A stretch of 63,177 nt of DNA, filler included, from Choristocarpus tenellus KU-1152 (taxonomy: Eukaryota > Protista > Phaeophyceae), in the NCBI GenBank assembly GCA_964200185.2. It is 11 parts of 11 records of this genome, joined end to end, with 100 filler letters (N's around TTAATTAATTAA, not from the genome) between each part and the next. Parts side by side here need not be neighbours in the genome. Positions count along the whole stretch, not along the records: positions 29,269 to 42,182 come from CAXNAD020001663.1; positions 42,283 to 50,292 come from CAXNAD020005273.1; positions 50,393 to 53,207 come from CAXNAD020024512.1; 8 more parts are not named here. One strand, 5' to 3'. The translations under genes and the position numbers were made by a program. The notes below the pieces were generated by a model. It saw only the letters and a list, made by a program, of their open reading frames with translations, was not told the DNA's origin and did no database searches. This document shows positions 37,091-50,559 of the stretch, piece by piece. Positions within the stretch are counted from its first letter, which is position 1. Every line of letters starts with the position of its first letter.

Positions 37091-38381
37091 GATGGAGTAA
37101 CAGACTCTGAAGTATACCTTCTAAGTAATGGCACCTCAAAGGTTTACATATATTGTAGTGAAGGTAATATTACACCATTTGTAAATGAGACTTCTTAGTA
37201 TTAGAATTCAACACTTCAATACTTGTGCCATGCTGAACAGCAAGCGGGCAACTCAGCAACATTGAATACCAAATATTGCTCTTCATATATTAGGTAAGCT
37301 GTGACTGTGCGCTATGTTAGCAAATGGTACACGTAAGTTATACGGAAAATATTACTCCAGAGTATATGATGAACCCATCTTGATTCTCCTCCATTTCTTG
37401 ATGCCCTCCTTCATTTGCTCCACTGGAGATGGCAATAGAGCCTCCACTTCCTCAATGCCGTCACGGTCATCATCAGAAAAAAAATCCAGACGCCTGGTCC
37501 TCTTGGTCATCTCCAACCCTACAGTGAACCTCATCCGCATGGCACTATGCCCACCTTCGACACTGTCAACCTGCGCCCTCTGGGGCAAGGAACGCCCTTT
37601 CTGATGGCTTAGGCGGTGAGATTCTCCTCCTCCAATCGGCCCTTGTTGTGCATAGCCTCTTTCACTTTCGGGTAATTGCAGATGCTCAAGATGTACCTGA
37701 GTTTGGGGACATTGGGCAATGTACCATGACTAGTCCAAGAGGTGACACTCGTTTTATATAGTTGAGTCGGCAATACCTGTCCTGGAATTCCATGCAATAC
37801 CTTTTCTGAAAGTCTACCTCCCACGCCAGTGCATTCCTTAGCTCCAACATCCTTTTTGGTGCAGCTTTCCCTTCACCAGAACCCCGAATTCTTTGCATGT
37901 ATATCATGCATGTGTAGGGGGGTATTCACATTGAGAGTTTGGTCTAGCCGGAGAATTAGAGATTGCAATGCCACGCACAGATGACCTATCGTTGACCTGG
38001 CACATCACAATGGTGTCTACAATTTCCTTGGGCAGGGTGTAGATTTCTGGAGTCTGAGTGGGCAACTGTGCACACAACATGTGAGGCTTTGACCTTACGG
38101 CATCCATGCTGCATGCCCTGCTCTTCAAGGGGTAAAACGTTGTGTATAATGTAAGTCACAAGTTACTATTAAAGGCGCTTCCTCCTCTCACACCCCCAGT
38201 TGTATGCAAGTGAACGGCTAGTGTTCTTCGTCAGCACTTTCGACTCCACAAATCCGTTGGAGATATGAAAGAAGTAATTGCCCTTCAGGCAACTGCAGTT
38301 ATGGCCTCTAATAACCTGCACCTACCAGTGTCAACCGCTTTGCCTGAACAACTCACGTGGGAGAGTTTTTGATGCTGCTTG

Positions 38382-38641
38382 GAGTGAAAGTGTCTTAAAG
38401 GGTACGAGTTTTCCCTGTTTGTTCATTATTCAAGGCTTGGCTTCCAACGGGTTTTAATAACATTTTACCCACTCCAAAATATTTCGGAATAGGTAAAATG
38501 TATACTTTACGAAAAGGTGTGCCCGAAACAAGGATATCGACATCTCCAAACAAACACAATAGCCAAAATTACATCAAAATTATATCATTAAATTTTGACC
38601 CCCAAATGGACGCGGGTATACCCTCTAAGATACTTTGACTC
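38382..38641 (-). mobile_element. MITE subfamily B, full length (260 bp), TTG target-site duplication
   Basis: Reverse-complement match to 27247-27506; TTG at 38379-38381 and 38642-38644. Confidence 0.9.
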
Positions 38642-40120
38642 TTGTGAGGGAAGTGACAAATGTCTCCTCAACATCTACGGCAACAATACTGGTGCTGCCT
38701 GTGCTACCAATCTCGACCATTGTTGGGAATGAAGCCTCGTACTACTCAACATACTTGTCAATATCACAGTAGTCGTGATTCTTTCCAGCATGTTTGTCTC
38801 AATTATGGTATGTATGGTGATGATTGTACGATAGCAACAGTGTGGATGATTATGTTACGCTTCGTTTCATTAATATGTCATCGAGCTCAAATAATCTTCT
38901 CGACCATCCCAAAAAAAGTTGATGTACCCACCATCCTGTTATAGTTGTATCATTATATAATATGTTAGATTGAACAACACTATTATGCTGTACCTGTAAA
39001 ATATGATGAGTCGAAAACTTATGTAGCATGTGTTTGTGTGGTAAAACTCAAGCCCAAAACACACTTGGAGTACAAAATGTATTCGCAACATTTTAGAGAT
39101 AAGATAACAAAACACGTTTGTTTTTTTGAAAAGGTGTATTAAAAAAAAAAGTTACACTTGAATCCTGACCTGTGAAATTTACTCCATCATGGCAGCTTGC
39201 AAGGTCAGGACAGGTGACCCTCTTGACATAATAATTGGTACATTGGAGTGTGTCACTGGTGGGCGAGGGTTTGGCAGACATTGAGGATTCATGATACACC
39301 AAGGAAGTCAAGCATATAATTATAATGCACTATGTTGTGATAGCAAGAAATAAGTGAAGTTCATCAAAGAACTTGATGCTGAGGAAAAGTACTCACCTAC
39401 AGGAAGACCTTGCAACGACTACAGGTTTATTTTTTTCCAAGGAAATTCCCAAGCAGATGGAGCTTCACCTAGTAGTAGTGTATGTAATGTTTAATAGATG
39501 TTGGCAATAGCTCCTGGGACACACATAAACACCACCAGTGGAGCTGGAGATACTGTTTGGAGTAGCTATCCAATCGTATGACAACAACCTCTAGAGCTTA
39601 GTGGATGATCGATAGCGAATCATAGATATGCAGTAGTGTAGACACACTAGTATTATCCTAGTGAGTATTGCTGCCTCTATTGTAGGTATCCCTCAGGCAC
39701 ACGATGAAGTATTGTGGATAGTCCTACACGTACGTACGTGTACAGTGGGTGGTGAGAGTTGTTGCACCCTTGTGCTTTGATGGCCAGTCTGCAAGATATA
39801 GCTGTGTGGGTATGACCCACTATCTTAGTCTTGTGTATAGATCAAAAACCGGCGCCAGCGAAATACCCTAAACCTAATACATCATGAAAATAAAAATATA
39901 TACTCTTGAGGCATCATCATCATCATCATCATTCAGGGATCATCGAAAAATATATTGAACTTATTATTAACCTTAGCCCTAACACTATACACCATTAATA
40001 ATTAATTATAAGTAATACATAGTGGTTTGTAATGCAGGGTAGTGCAACGCCTTATGAACTCTATCATTCATGTGCTGACTCTCTTCAAAAGAGCGCACGC
40101 ATTGTTGCTAACCCCCACTG

Positions 40121-40412
40121 TATCTGGCCGATATAGTGATATAGAGGTCCCTGGCAAGCATAGAGCGTCTTCCACTTCAGGGACCATGCCTTGCTCTTGT
40201 GCACCACTATCTCGTGTCTTGCCAGTTTGCCAATCCCCCACTGTTATTAGGTGCAGAAGCAACGAGTATCTGACCGATATAGTGATATAACAGTCCCTGG
40301 CAAGCATAGAGTGTCTTCCACTTCAGGGACCATGCCTTGCTCTTGTGCACCAATATCTCGTGTCTTGCCAGTTTGCTAATCCCCCACTGTTATTAGGTGC
40401 AGAAGCAACGAG
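40121..40412. repeat. Tandem duplication, 146 bp x 2
   Basis: Units 40121-40266 and 40267-40412 differ at only a few bases. Confidence 0.95.
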
Positions 40413-41998
40413 CAGTTTGATCAGCAAATGCCAAGCATTGATTTACCCTGTTCACGATGGAGAGAGTTACAGATACTTGACAGACACTGGCGAGTAAAAG
40501 TCATTGGCGGGGTAGCCTCAAGACGTAGTATATCGCACTGATAGATAGGACTTGAAACTGAAATAGAGATGCAGGGGTTGTACCCTCGAGTTCTAGACCA
40601 AGGGGGGTATGAATTCGCGTATTTCTCGAAATGGCACTGATATTGCTTGGTCCTATTGTACTGATAATAAGTTATTTTCCTATTGAATACTTTGAACCAA
40701 AAAAGTAGCGGGGTATGTAGCATATTTCTGAATATAATAAAAGAATATTTGACCGTTAATGAAAAATGTGGAGGTCGAAGGAAAGATGTGCCATTGCTGC
40801 TCAAACATTAGACCGCCCCCGCCCAGTGCTTCCCCAAGAACTAACCCTTTGCCCCAAGAAGCTGATGACCTTTGCCTATTCCCCATAGGGTGCCCCTGTC
40901 TGGAAAGCACGGCAGAAGGAGAGAGGAGAGAAGAAATGGTACTTGGAGAAGGTCTTGGACCACAGAGTGACCTTTGAGAATTAGAATTGGGCAGGGCTCA
41001 CCATTTGGTAGATGTCCCATGACAAGCCAAATGTGACTGGTAGTTAAGGATTGCTACGGAGGAAGGGTTTGTATTTTAAGGATCAACAAGCTGTAGTGGA
41101 TTGTTGGGAGTGCACGCAGGTTAGAGAGACCATGTCGGGAAGCCTATCGATTTTTGATGGTTGGTATCTGCTGCATTGATGGTAGGATAAGGATATAAGT
41201 TTCATTTCCTCATCAAATTGCCTGTATCTGTGGTGAATGAGCTATGCTTCACAATGGGGGGCACGATACAGGCAGTATTTCGATATGACGGTTTCATGAA
41301 GCCACAGGAACTTGCACTCAAGGATTTGGGTGTACTGGACTTTCAAGGACTTTACGTAAATATAAATAATTATTTATTTAGTTCAGCCCTAAGTCATCCT
41401 TTATTTGAATGAGTCAATCTATTTCCTGAATTTGTCCGGAGAAGAATGACCGAAATGAGAGATTCGGCGAGCAGGTCTTGACTGTCTCCAGGCAACGCCT
41501 TCTATTCTTATCCTTGAGCATTGAGGCCACTGTATCATTCCAAGCAGGTGTGTTAAACTCCACACTGAAACGTTTTGCCAGTCTTTTTCTTGTAGTGACT
41601 TCTAAATGTTCTTGGTGGAATTGTCACAAGCTTTGGAGCCTGATGGCCGTTTATGATGTCCCCTAGGTACCCTTTCTTTGCTGACTATGTTGTCGGCGCG
41701 AACAAGCCTATCGGGACTCTTGCCCAGCAATGCATGTTCAACGAGGTATGGTTTCATCTCGAGACGGGCAGGACTAACCTTTCACTCATTTTTATGCTCA
41801 TTCTCCGGTGTGCCAGAAGCAGTATGTTCGTAACATCTGAGATGAGGCAAAGTAAACGAGAGGTACCCAGGTTTTGACCGTTTTGCATTTTATCTCACTT
41901 TTTTTTATGTTTCTTGATTTACCCTTAATCTACGGATAATAAGCGGCAAATATTGACTTGAGAGCGTCGATTTCTCTATTGCTTGAAAAATTTCAACA

Positions 41999-42178
41999 GG
42001 CTCAAAGTGTCTGGGGGCGGCGGCGGCTGTCCTTTTGGGATCAATTTTTTCATATCGCGATTTTTGTGTGATTTGATTCCATACGTCGGATGGATAATGT
42101 AAATGCACTTTTCCGGATTTTGGTCAAATGGACACCCTGGTGTAGATCCCCCCCCCCCTCCCCCCCATACTTTTGGTC
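41999..42178 (-). mobile_element. MITE subfamily A, full length, reverse orientation
   Basis: Reverse complement of 487-665; starts GGCTCAAAGTGTCT. Confidence 0.85.
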
Positions 42179-42282
42179 AAAANNNNNNNNNNNNNNNNNN
42201 NNNNNNNNNNNNNNNNNNNNNNNNNNTTAATTAATTAANNNNNNNNNNNNNNNNNNNNNNNNNNNNNNNNNNNNNNNNNNNN

Positions 42283-42386
42283 GCACTTGTCGGATTTGAA
42301 ATGTCTGCAAAAAAAAGAGTTGTTTGACCGAAACGGACGCCCCCTCGTAAACCACCCCCCACCCCCCACCCCAGATACTTTGACCC
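42283..42386 (-). mobile_element. MITE subfamily C end
   Basis: GACCGAAACGGACGCCCC...CCAGATACTTTGACCC; reverse complement of 50203-50292. Confidence 0.8.
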
Positions 42387-42705
42387 CTTAACTATTCGTT
42401 CCCTTTTTGCTTCCTTTTTCTTTCCTCTACCCTCCCTTGTCCTGTGCCTCCAGCCAACCAGAATTCTTCCGCCCACAAACTCAGATTACTTCATAAACTT
42501 TCACTTCTTGTTGATGTGTCTCTGTTTCTCCCATTTTGGAGTAGTTTGTACGAAATCTACCAACTTTCAGATGGCTCATCATGCGGCTGCCAAAATAAAG
42601 ACCTCCCAGAAACAATTTATTACGATGCTCTACCTACCTATGATGACATCAAAAACATGTTACTGATGGTCAATTACTGCCTGGACTACCAAAATTAATT
42701 ACATC

Positions 42706-42946
42706 TGTCTGGACCTGGTAAGTTTCCCATGTTGAGTCAAAGTAAGCCGCAGGCCCCACTCCTGGTGGTGCCCTTCTGTCAATTCTTAAGGTTTCAGCCT
42801 TGCGACCATACTACCCCCGGAACCCAAAGACTTTGATTTCTCGAAAGGTACTGGTGAAGTCGTTAAACAAAAGCGACCTCCAATCCCTAGTCGGCATAGT
42901 TTATGGTTAGGTCTACGAGAGTATCTAATCATCTTCAATACCCTAG

Positions 42947-42978
<32 letters not shown>

Positions 42979-43310
42979 TAAATATTTTCGCAGTAGTTCA
43001 TCTTCCATATGTCCAAGAATTTCACCCCTGATAATTGAATACGAATACCTCCAACCGTTCCTGTTAACTATTACCACAACGAGGAAACCAACAAAATAGA
43101 CCTCTGTAGCCCTTTCTCATTATTTCATGTTAATGTATCCAACGGCCTAAGCCTGCTTTGGACACTCTAATTTTTTCAGAGTAAAAGACAGGTGCCGGAT
43201 GACTCGACAACCTAATGGCAGGCCGCGAACTACCTGAGAATGGAACGAGCCCTAGAGGTAACCCGAAAGCCTTGGCGTATACAAGTACATTCACCAGTGT
43301 GTACTCTAGA
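42706..43310 (-). pseudogene. Decayed 18S rRNA gene fragment (roughly V4 to V5/V6)
   Basis: Reverse complements of conserved SSU motifs: CTCCTGGTGGTGCCCTTC(T)GTCAATTC, TTTCAGCCTTGCGACCATACT, CTTTCGTTCTTGATTAATGAAAACATCCTTGG, CACTCTAATTTTTTCA. Many substitutions fall in normally invariant positions, and there is no flanking rDNA. The right boundary is approximate. Confidence 0.92.
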
Positions 43311-46199
43311 TCAGAGACGCCAAAACAACATACACCATATACATACATACATAATACATACATGGCTTGACATCATGGCTCAGAAATATCGCAGCAAAGT
43401 AGTAATTTTCCTGTATTGATGCTATGGGGGGATATGTCCTCCAGTGAAACGACAGAGAGCTTATTAATACAAACTACTACAGAGTACCACTGTTATTATA
43501 GTTGCGGAACAATAGAGAGCTTATTAACATATGCCTTATTAATAGCAGAACCCATGGAAGGAGTATCGAAGAGTTCCATGTGCTACTTCTTCCTCTGAAA
43601 AGCTTGTGGGAGTGGTGACCCCAAACACACACACCCTCCGGTACCCAACAAACACTGCTCTGTGTTTCTTTGAAGGAGGACACACAAAAAGCAATGGAAA
43701 GGAGAGGACACATCAAAATTTACAATTAATCACAACGTATATCTGACTTTCTTGATATGGTACAGATATGGATTGGTATATTTCGAATGCACTGGGGCTT
43801 CACAGATATTAATAGTTGCCAGGATAAAGGATACACTTCGACTCTGTAAGCAAGGTTCCTCAATCACCACGTCCACATTGTCTTGAATGTATGTGGGTAT
43901 TACGTGCTTTTATGGTGCAGTAGTTGGTCAGTTCTTCCGTGTTCATCGCATCAATCTATCCATGCTCCCCTGCTCAAAGTAAGCATCCAAGCACCACTCC
44001 TTGGGGCATTTGAAGCCCCTTGCTTGGAGCGAGGGTTGTATGTATACCACCTTTCCCTAGCTCAAAACTGCAATAGCAGACCTCTTCTGGACTCGATTGT
44101 GTTCAGCAGGGTGTCTCTCTCATTGCGACAGTGGTAGACCAGCTGCAACTGTCACCAGATACCGCTTCTCCCTGCCAGCTGGGATCGAGAAGGTTGATGA
44201 AGACACAAAATGGATGATTTTATATGACAATCTTGCTCTGCTCTTCACAACCATAGTTGCACTCCAAGATGGCAAACTACTATAGTGATGTAGTAGTAGG
44301 ATCGATTGTGCCAAGAGATGCTTGGTAGTTATTATCCTGGTGCGAATTTGTAATACACAGAAGACAATGATCAAACACTCTGATACTATGATATACTCCG
44401 ATTAGGTTGTATGCGTAACATCCTCGAGTCATGTAACGCGCATAATACCTTACGAAGAAAAATATTATAAAAAAAACAATAATAATACTGAGTACAAAAA
44501 ATAAACTGAGCATATAAATAAATAAATCTAAAATCAATTTGAGAGATAGACACAGTACTATTAAAATGAATATTTAGATAGACCTACCTGATCAAAAGAC
44601 CAGCCTGTACATCCCATTCAGCCAACAGGATGCACTGGTAGCGCAACTCCCCTTAAGTATTATATCCAGTCTCTTTTTAAAATTTTATTGTGCAGCTCTG
44701 CCATACTCATAACAACGATGCAAATACAACCATTCACAAAGAAAGGAAAGGGACTATGTTTTATTTTTTCTCATGAGATTCTGTAGTTAACTACACCACT
44801 GTCACTTGAAAAAAAAATTGCTTTACCCTCCCCTCCTCTTCCATCATCACATTTTTTCTGTCCCATCAACCAATCCGAACATTTCCCCTCCACCTCTTCT
44901 TCGATAGGTCCCTACTCCATCAATTCAACTGATAGTGCTACATCAGCCAAATCAAAACTTTACCGTTTGCTATATTTGTATTCCCCCAATTCCTCCTCCA
45001 CCCTCGAGAATGTTCCACGCCATCAATTGCCCAAACCAATACCTTGTAATATTGATTTTTACTCTCACAAGAATTGGTAAATAATCCATACCATCAACTA
45101 CCCACGCCCACATAGTATTACTACTGCCTAATCCCTCCCCCTCAAGTCATTTGGATTATGCCAGTCACCTATCTATTGCTCAGTTCATTTGCACTGTTAT
45201 ATACATCCAAAACATCCCCACAGCTTCACAACAATTCACATCAAAACACCACACATTTTTTTGGGAAGCATAGACATCCACCATGGCAAAATATTTGCCC
45301 CCTATGCTTCTCACCCCTTTCCTCTTGCCCACAACTATAGTATAATCCGAAGAGTGGTTAGGGGCAATCATAGGTTGCTCAGGCCTCTCCTGCCTTGCCC
45401 TCAAGACAAATGTGAATGATAATAATTGTAACAATATCGCTCTCACTCCTCTTGATTTTTGTAGGCCTCTCTCTCCCCTCTCCCTTCAAATAAAGACTTC
45501 TCTGCAACCAGGTGAGAGATTTGGATCTGAAGACGCGCATTTGTCTCCACAGAGTAACAAATTAATTAATTCTTCGTCATATTACTGAGTCAAAATAATG
45601 GAGAGGTACAAGGAGTTTTGGATTCTTCTGCTTTCTACGCCATCTTTCTTGCCTTGTCTAATACACTCCATTTCTTTGAAATATGTGCACAATAGTGTAC
45701 ACAAAAATTGATACCCCCCTTTCCACAGACAAATTGACACCACGATTCATTTAAGAGTCATTATGAAATTTACAAATGACCTCTTTTTGCCCTTTCCCAA
45801 TATCCTTACAATGCAACCCTGCCTACCTCTCAGTTGGTTTGACTCATTTAGACATCTCAATCTACCCTTCACACTGCAGTATGCCAGAAATCACCTAATT
45901 CTCTCAACATGTTGTCAATTTTCACCGTCCCTTACCTTGATAGAGAACACTCCGCAAAATTTTCTTCATGATTCAAATTACACAATGAGGGGGTGCTTTT
46001 ACGAATAACAATGTCACTATCAAAAGCAGGATTGTGCCAAGATTGACGAGAAATATACCTTGTATTGACCCAGAGTGTGCTATCTTTGTTTTGATGTGTT
46101 CTTTCTGTGTATCTGATACTGCTACAAACAACTCCTAACTGTAACCCTGTTGTCGTATTTGAGGAAGTTTCAATACTTCAACACAGAGTTTGGACATAT

Positions 46200-47300
46200 T
46201 GCGGCACATGTTCAGTGTCTAAGTTGGCACGAACAGTCCCAGGGGCCAGGAAAGAGACATACATCGAGTGGTGGATGGTGCAAGCAGGACGGACAGGAAA
46301 AGATCGCGGGGTGCTTGAGTAAGCAGCAAAAGATATGTAGCAAACAACCCCCACCCAGCGTCGATTGTCAAGCCATCAACCTGCCGGAGCAGGTCTGAGG
46401 GTTTCACACAGAGTTCCAATAAAATGTAGCCAAAACATCCACTTGACCAAGTTTGTCGCCTGATTACTACGTACAGGCATGAAGACCTTTGTGTGTGCGT
46501 TTGTGTGTGTATGTGTGTGCTGTAAGGCAATGCACAAAGAAGTTGAAGCAGGAAAAATGTTGCTTCTCACCTCGAACAGGAACCCAGAGACAGACTGAGA
46601 TGGGACCATCATGGGTTGTCTGTTTGCTTTGGGAAGATGACACGGTGTTGAGCTTCCGTCCGCTATCTTCTACACCATTTGATGATCGCTTGTCTTCCAC
46701 ATCAAATATTACTACCTCCATGCATAGTTCAGGAATGCTAGCAAGTTCGCCAATCCTAAATTCCCCCAGATACAAGTTGGGTACGTTTCACAGAGTTGCT
46801 GACTCCATAATAACGACTCCTTCGTGTGCGATAGAGAATGGATCTAACGAAGTGCCCAACAAGCATTAGTTCCACCGAGTAATCGTTTTGCAATTTAGAG
46901 TTCTCTTTGCAGCTCTTCCCATCCCTCTGAGAACGCGTAACCTGGTCAGTGCTACACTCTGCAAACAACCGAGCCCACGTACTACTGTAAGCGCTCTACT
47001 CTTCTTGTACTCACAAATGGGGTTGTGTAGAATAGGTGTATTAGGCAAGATGACAACCACAACTTCGCGATATTACTACTGTATGTAGGTAATGCTGTAT
47101 CATCTAGCATTATCAAAATCCGTCTTCTTCTTGCATCTAGTTGGGTGGTAATGTGAAGTACAGCCAGTCTCAACCCCCAAAGGCTACGTATGCAAGTCTT
47201 GGAAAATTCGATCTCGCAAAAGGAAGTATGATCATGGTATCACACTCGGGGTGTCAGTCACTGACTTGAGCGTGTTGACACATCTCACTCCAGTCCCCTC
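46200..47300 (-). mobile_element. Decayed Copia-type integrase region
   Basis: Across frameshifts: ARLFAECS...NDYS...SGG/EFRIGELAS...NGVEDSGRKL...APRD, echoing RVFxDLSG / DDYSR / SDxGGEF / NGVAER / NHPRD. Confidence 0.5.
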
Positions 47301-48169
47301 GTTCAAATAAATGTGCTCTGTCAGGAAGGGACCGCATCTTACCTCGATTTCACTTCACTTGTTGTGCACTGAGATTCCAGTCCGTGAACCTGTTGTGATG
47401 ATCGATTGTCCAACACGACCCCAAGCAAATGAAAAAAAAGAGTTGGCATATCGCTGAACAAATAACTAGGGTCAGAGCTATTGCATGAGTTCGAGCTTTC
47501 ATGAAAGAAGGACTTCGAGTTGAAGACTAGGGTAGTCTGCATCGAGGTGGTGTTGATATCCTACTAACGGAGTTCTTCAACGACGATATTTGTACTGACC
47601 AATAACATCCGGTCCCAGACCCATTCTCGGTCATGGACCACGCAACGCACTCCCCCATCAGGTTTGAGGGGTTTCAATCTGAGCTTTGACTGACATTTCG
47701 AGCCCATCAACATTCCTGAATGACCACTACTTGTTGCGTATCTATCACCAAATACGTTTCAAACACCTCAACGAAAGAGACCTTAGTAACCAATTCTCAT
47801 TTTAATACTTTTGTCGTGGCTGTGTTGCAAAGGTCGTGGTACCTATTTCTGAAAATTCACACGACAGGAGTATTCATATTAAATACATATTACTATGCCC
47901 TCTCACGTTTTGCAAATAAATTTCTTAGGGGAAAAACGAACGAAACTGTTCACATGTCTGAGAAATTCCTAAGGAAGTAACAGTTGTCACCAAAAAAGTG
48001 AAAAATATTAAATCCATTTCCTAATTTACTATGTTGTACTACTGCCTTCCTGTATCTCAAACCTATTCCTGGATTTGGAGTGAGGAGCTAGGGAAGCATC
48101 CCAAGAATCTAACAAACTCTCCTTGCCCATCTCCCTGGTGACTCCAGCTCAAAACGCATGATGACCTGT

Positions 48170-48780
48170 CTAGATAGGGCTACTTGTGTTGTGACAAGAG
48201 ACTATCTGGCGTAGGCGGGGTTTGACGGCTCCTTTTCTGGTGTACCCTCCAGTTCCTCCCCCCCTCTACCGCGTGTGTAGCTAGCTCATCCAGGAAACGT
48301 TCCGCTTGCTTGTCGAGGCGCCCAAAACTTTCCACTGAGAAGTTCATAGTACGACAACCAATAAATATAATTTGGGAGGGTATGTATGGTGTAACAATAT
48401 GACGGAGATCATACACTTACTACTATTTGTACATTACTTTCTACTAATTGTATAAGTCATTTCTTGTATTATCAAAATCTATACATGGTGTACCTGTTGC
48501 TGTAGCTGGACGCGAAAGCGCACCCACTCCGAGGGCTCTTTTGACCCTGGTAGATATATCCTCAACACCTTCGTGGTGGAAAGTTTTGGGCGCCTCGGCA
48601 AGCAATCGGAAAGTTTTCTGAATGAGCTAGCTACATACACACGCGGCGGGGGGGAGAGGGACAGGAAGTTAAGCAGGAAGGGGCAGTCAAATCCCGTCTA
48701 CAACAGATAGTTTCTGTCGCAACACAGGTGGCCCTATCCCGACGGGTCATGCACTTTAAGTTGGAGTCACCATGGAGATG
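48170..48780. mobile_element. Two oppositely oriented 3'-end fragments of a CRE-like non-LTR retrotransposon (~48170-48345 minus, ~48570-48780 plus)
   Basis: Both encode VESFGRL(D/G)KQ(A/S)E(R/S)FL(D/N)ELAT...QQIVSVATQVALSRRV, the typical end of a restriction-like endonuclease domain. Confidence 0.7.
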
Positions 48781-49259
48781 GGCAAGAAGGAGCTTATTAG
48801 ATTCGTGCGATACCTCCTTAGCCCCTCACCGTGGAGTACAGGACTAAGCTAGGTTAGAGATAAAGGAAGGGAACGATGTAGGATAACTGGTAGTAAAATA
48901 GTGAACAATGTTTTTCACATTTATGACAACCGCTACTTTTTTAGGGCTTATTCTGACATGTGAATAGTTTTGTTGATTTTTCTTGTGACACATCTCCAGA
49001 ATGTCAGATGGCATAATAATAAAAATACATAATTTGATACAAACTTTACTTGTGCTTTCTAACATAACATATTAATTGATCTGTTACAAGTTGGGGGGGG
49101 GTACATTGTGGATGTGTCAACATGACAGTGCAATCCTTCATCTTATAAACCCCATACTTCTTAATTACAACATATCGAACTTCCAATCAAGATTACCATG
49201 GCGGACGTTCCAAAATAATAGTCCGGGTTGCAGTACTTAATCTATTGATACCCTATAAC

Positions 49260-50123
49260 CTGATCCTGGACCCAAATGGTTTTGTTATACTAGGAGCTCC
49301 GGTGGGGTCAGATGAACTCATCCAAGCCCACATGGCTGGAGTGATCGAGAGCTCAGGGCCGCAAATACTGATCACGCACCTGAGTGAGATGGAGGACAAA
49401 CATGTTGCCTGGGTCCTCAACTCCTGGTCCCTCTCTTCTCCCTTGGGTTATTTGGTAAGGGTCACTCCCCCCCAACTGGCACGCTCTCCACCATGGAACA
49501 AGCAGACAAAACCTCACTGTGGACGCTAGAGAAGATAATGGAGGTAGCAGACTCAGCTGGAGCCACTGACTTCTTGGAGGGGCAAGTGTGAAAATGGGTC
49601 TCTTCGTCTGGAAACATACCATCAAGTGCAGGCACAGATGGCTACAAGTTCGGGGGGACTGGGCCTATCCTCCATGAAATATCGTCAGAATGCCGCCTTT
49701 ATAGGACCATTGGTAGCTACTCTCCTCACAATTTTAGCAAGGCAACAAGAGCCTCATGGAAAGGTTTTCTCACAAGCCATCTGTATGAGTCCTAGAGTTC
49801 CGATCCTGGGATCATCCATTCACATCTTCCTCTCGACATAAGTCCCTTCAGAAGACTTGGTGGGAATTATTGGCCAAGGCTTGGGTAGCCTGGGGAGGAA
49901 CAACAACCCCTACACCTGTCCCAGAGGTTCACACTCTGGCAGCCCACGACACCAGGATCACAAGGAGGGCACAACATGAGATCACCCGCCTCCTGAACAA
50001 GATCTGGTTCAATTCTTTCCGGATGTAGTCAACCCACCAGACGATGTAGAACAAGGGAGGAAACGTTCTTCGCTAGCTCTGACCTGTCACCAGAGCCAGT
50101 GTGGACAAGGGGCAAATGCATGT
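49260..50123 (+). mobile_element. Decayed CRE-like reverse-transcriptase C-terminal/thumb region
   Basis: GFVILGAPVGSDE...LGYLVRVTPP...GGLGLSS...AAFIG; interrupted by a MITE at 50124. Confidence 0.75.
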
Positions 50124-50292
50124 GAGTCAAAGTATGTTAGAGGGTAGCGTCGCGTCCGTTTGGGGGGGTCAAAATCCAATGTTGCGATTTTGACATAATT
50201 TGGGGTCAAAGTATCTGGGGGGGGGGGGGGGGGGGGTTTGTGGGGGGGCGTCCGTTTCGGTCAAACAACTTTTTTTTTTGCTGGAATTTGAA
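50124..50292 (+). mobile_element. MITE B 5' part (50124-50202) abutted by MITE C (50203-50292)
   Basis: Two successive TCAAAGTAT termini. Confidence 0.8.
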
Positions 50293-50559
50293 NNNNNNNN
50301 NNNNNNNNNNNNNNNNNNNNNNNNNNNNNNNNNNNNTTAATTAATTAANNNNNNNNNNNNNNNNNNNNNNNNNNNNNNNNNNNNNNNNNNNNGGGGGGGG
50401 GTTGAAGTGGATGCTGAAGGATTAGTGTTTGTTGTGACTTTTAATCAGATAAGAATGTGGAGAGGTCTATATAATAAGCCTAGGGACTTACCTCCGTGAG
50501 TATCTGTATGTAAAAGGCAGTATTTCATGTATTTCTTCTGCAGGAACTCCCTCCAAAAA

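Noticed and set aside
41100-41880. Possible tyrosine-recombinase relic (FRYDGFMKPQEL ... FYAHS)
   Set aside because: The resemblance is too weak and interrupted to support without a profile search.
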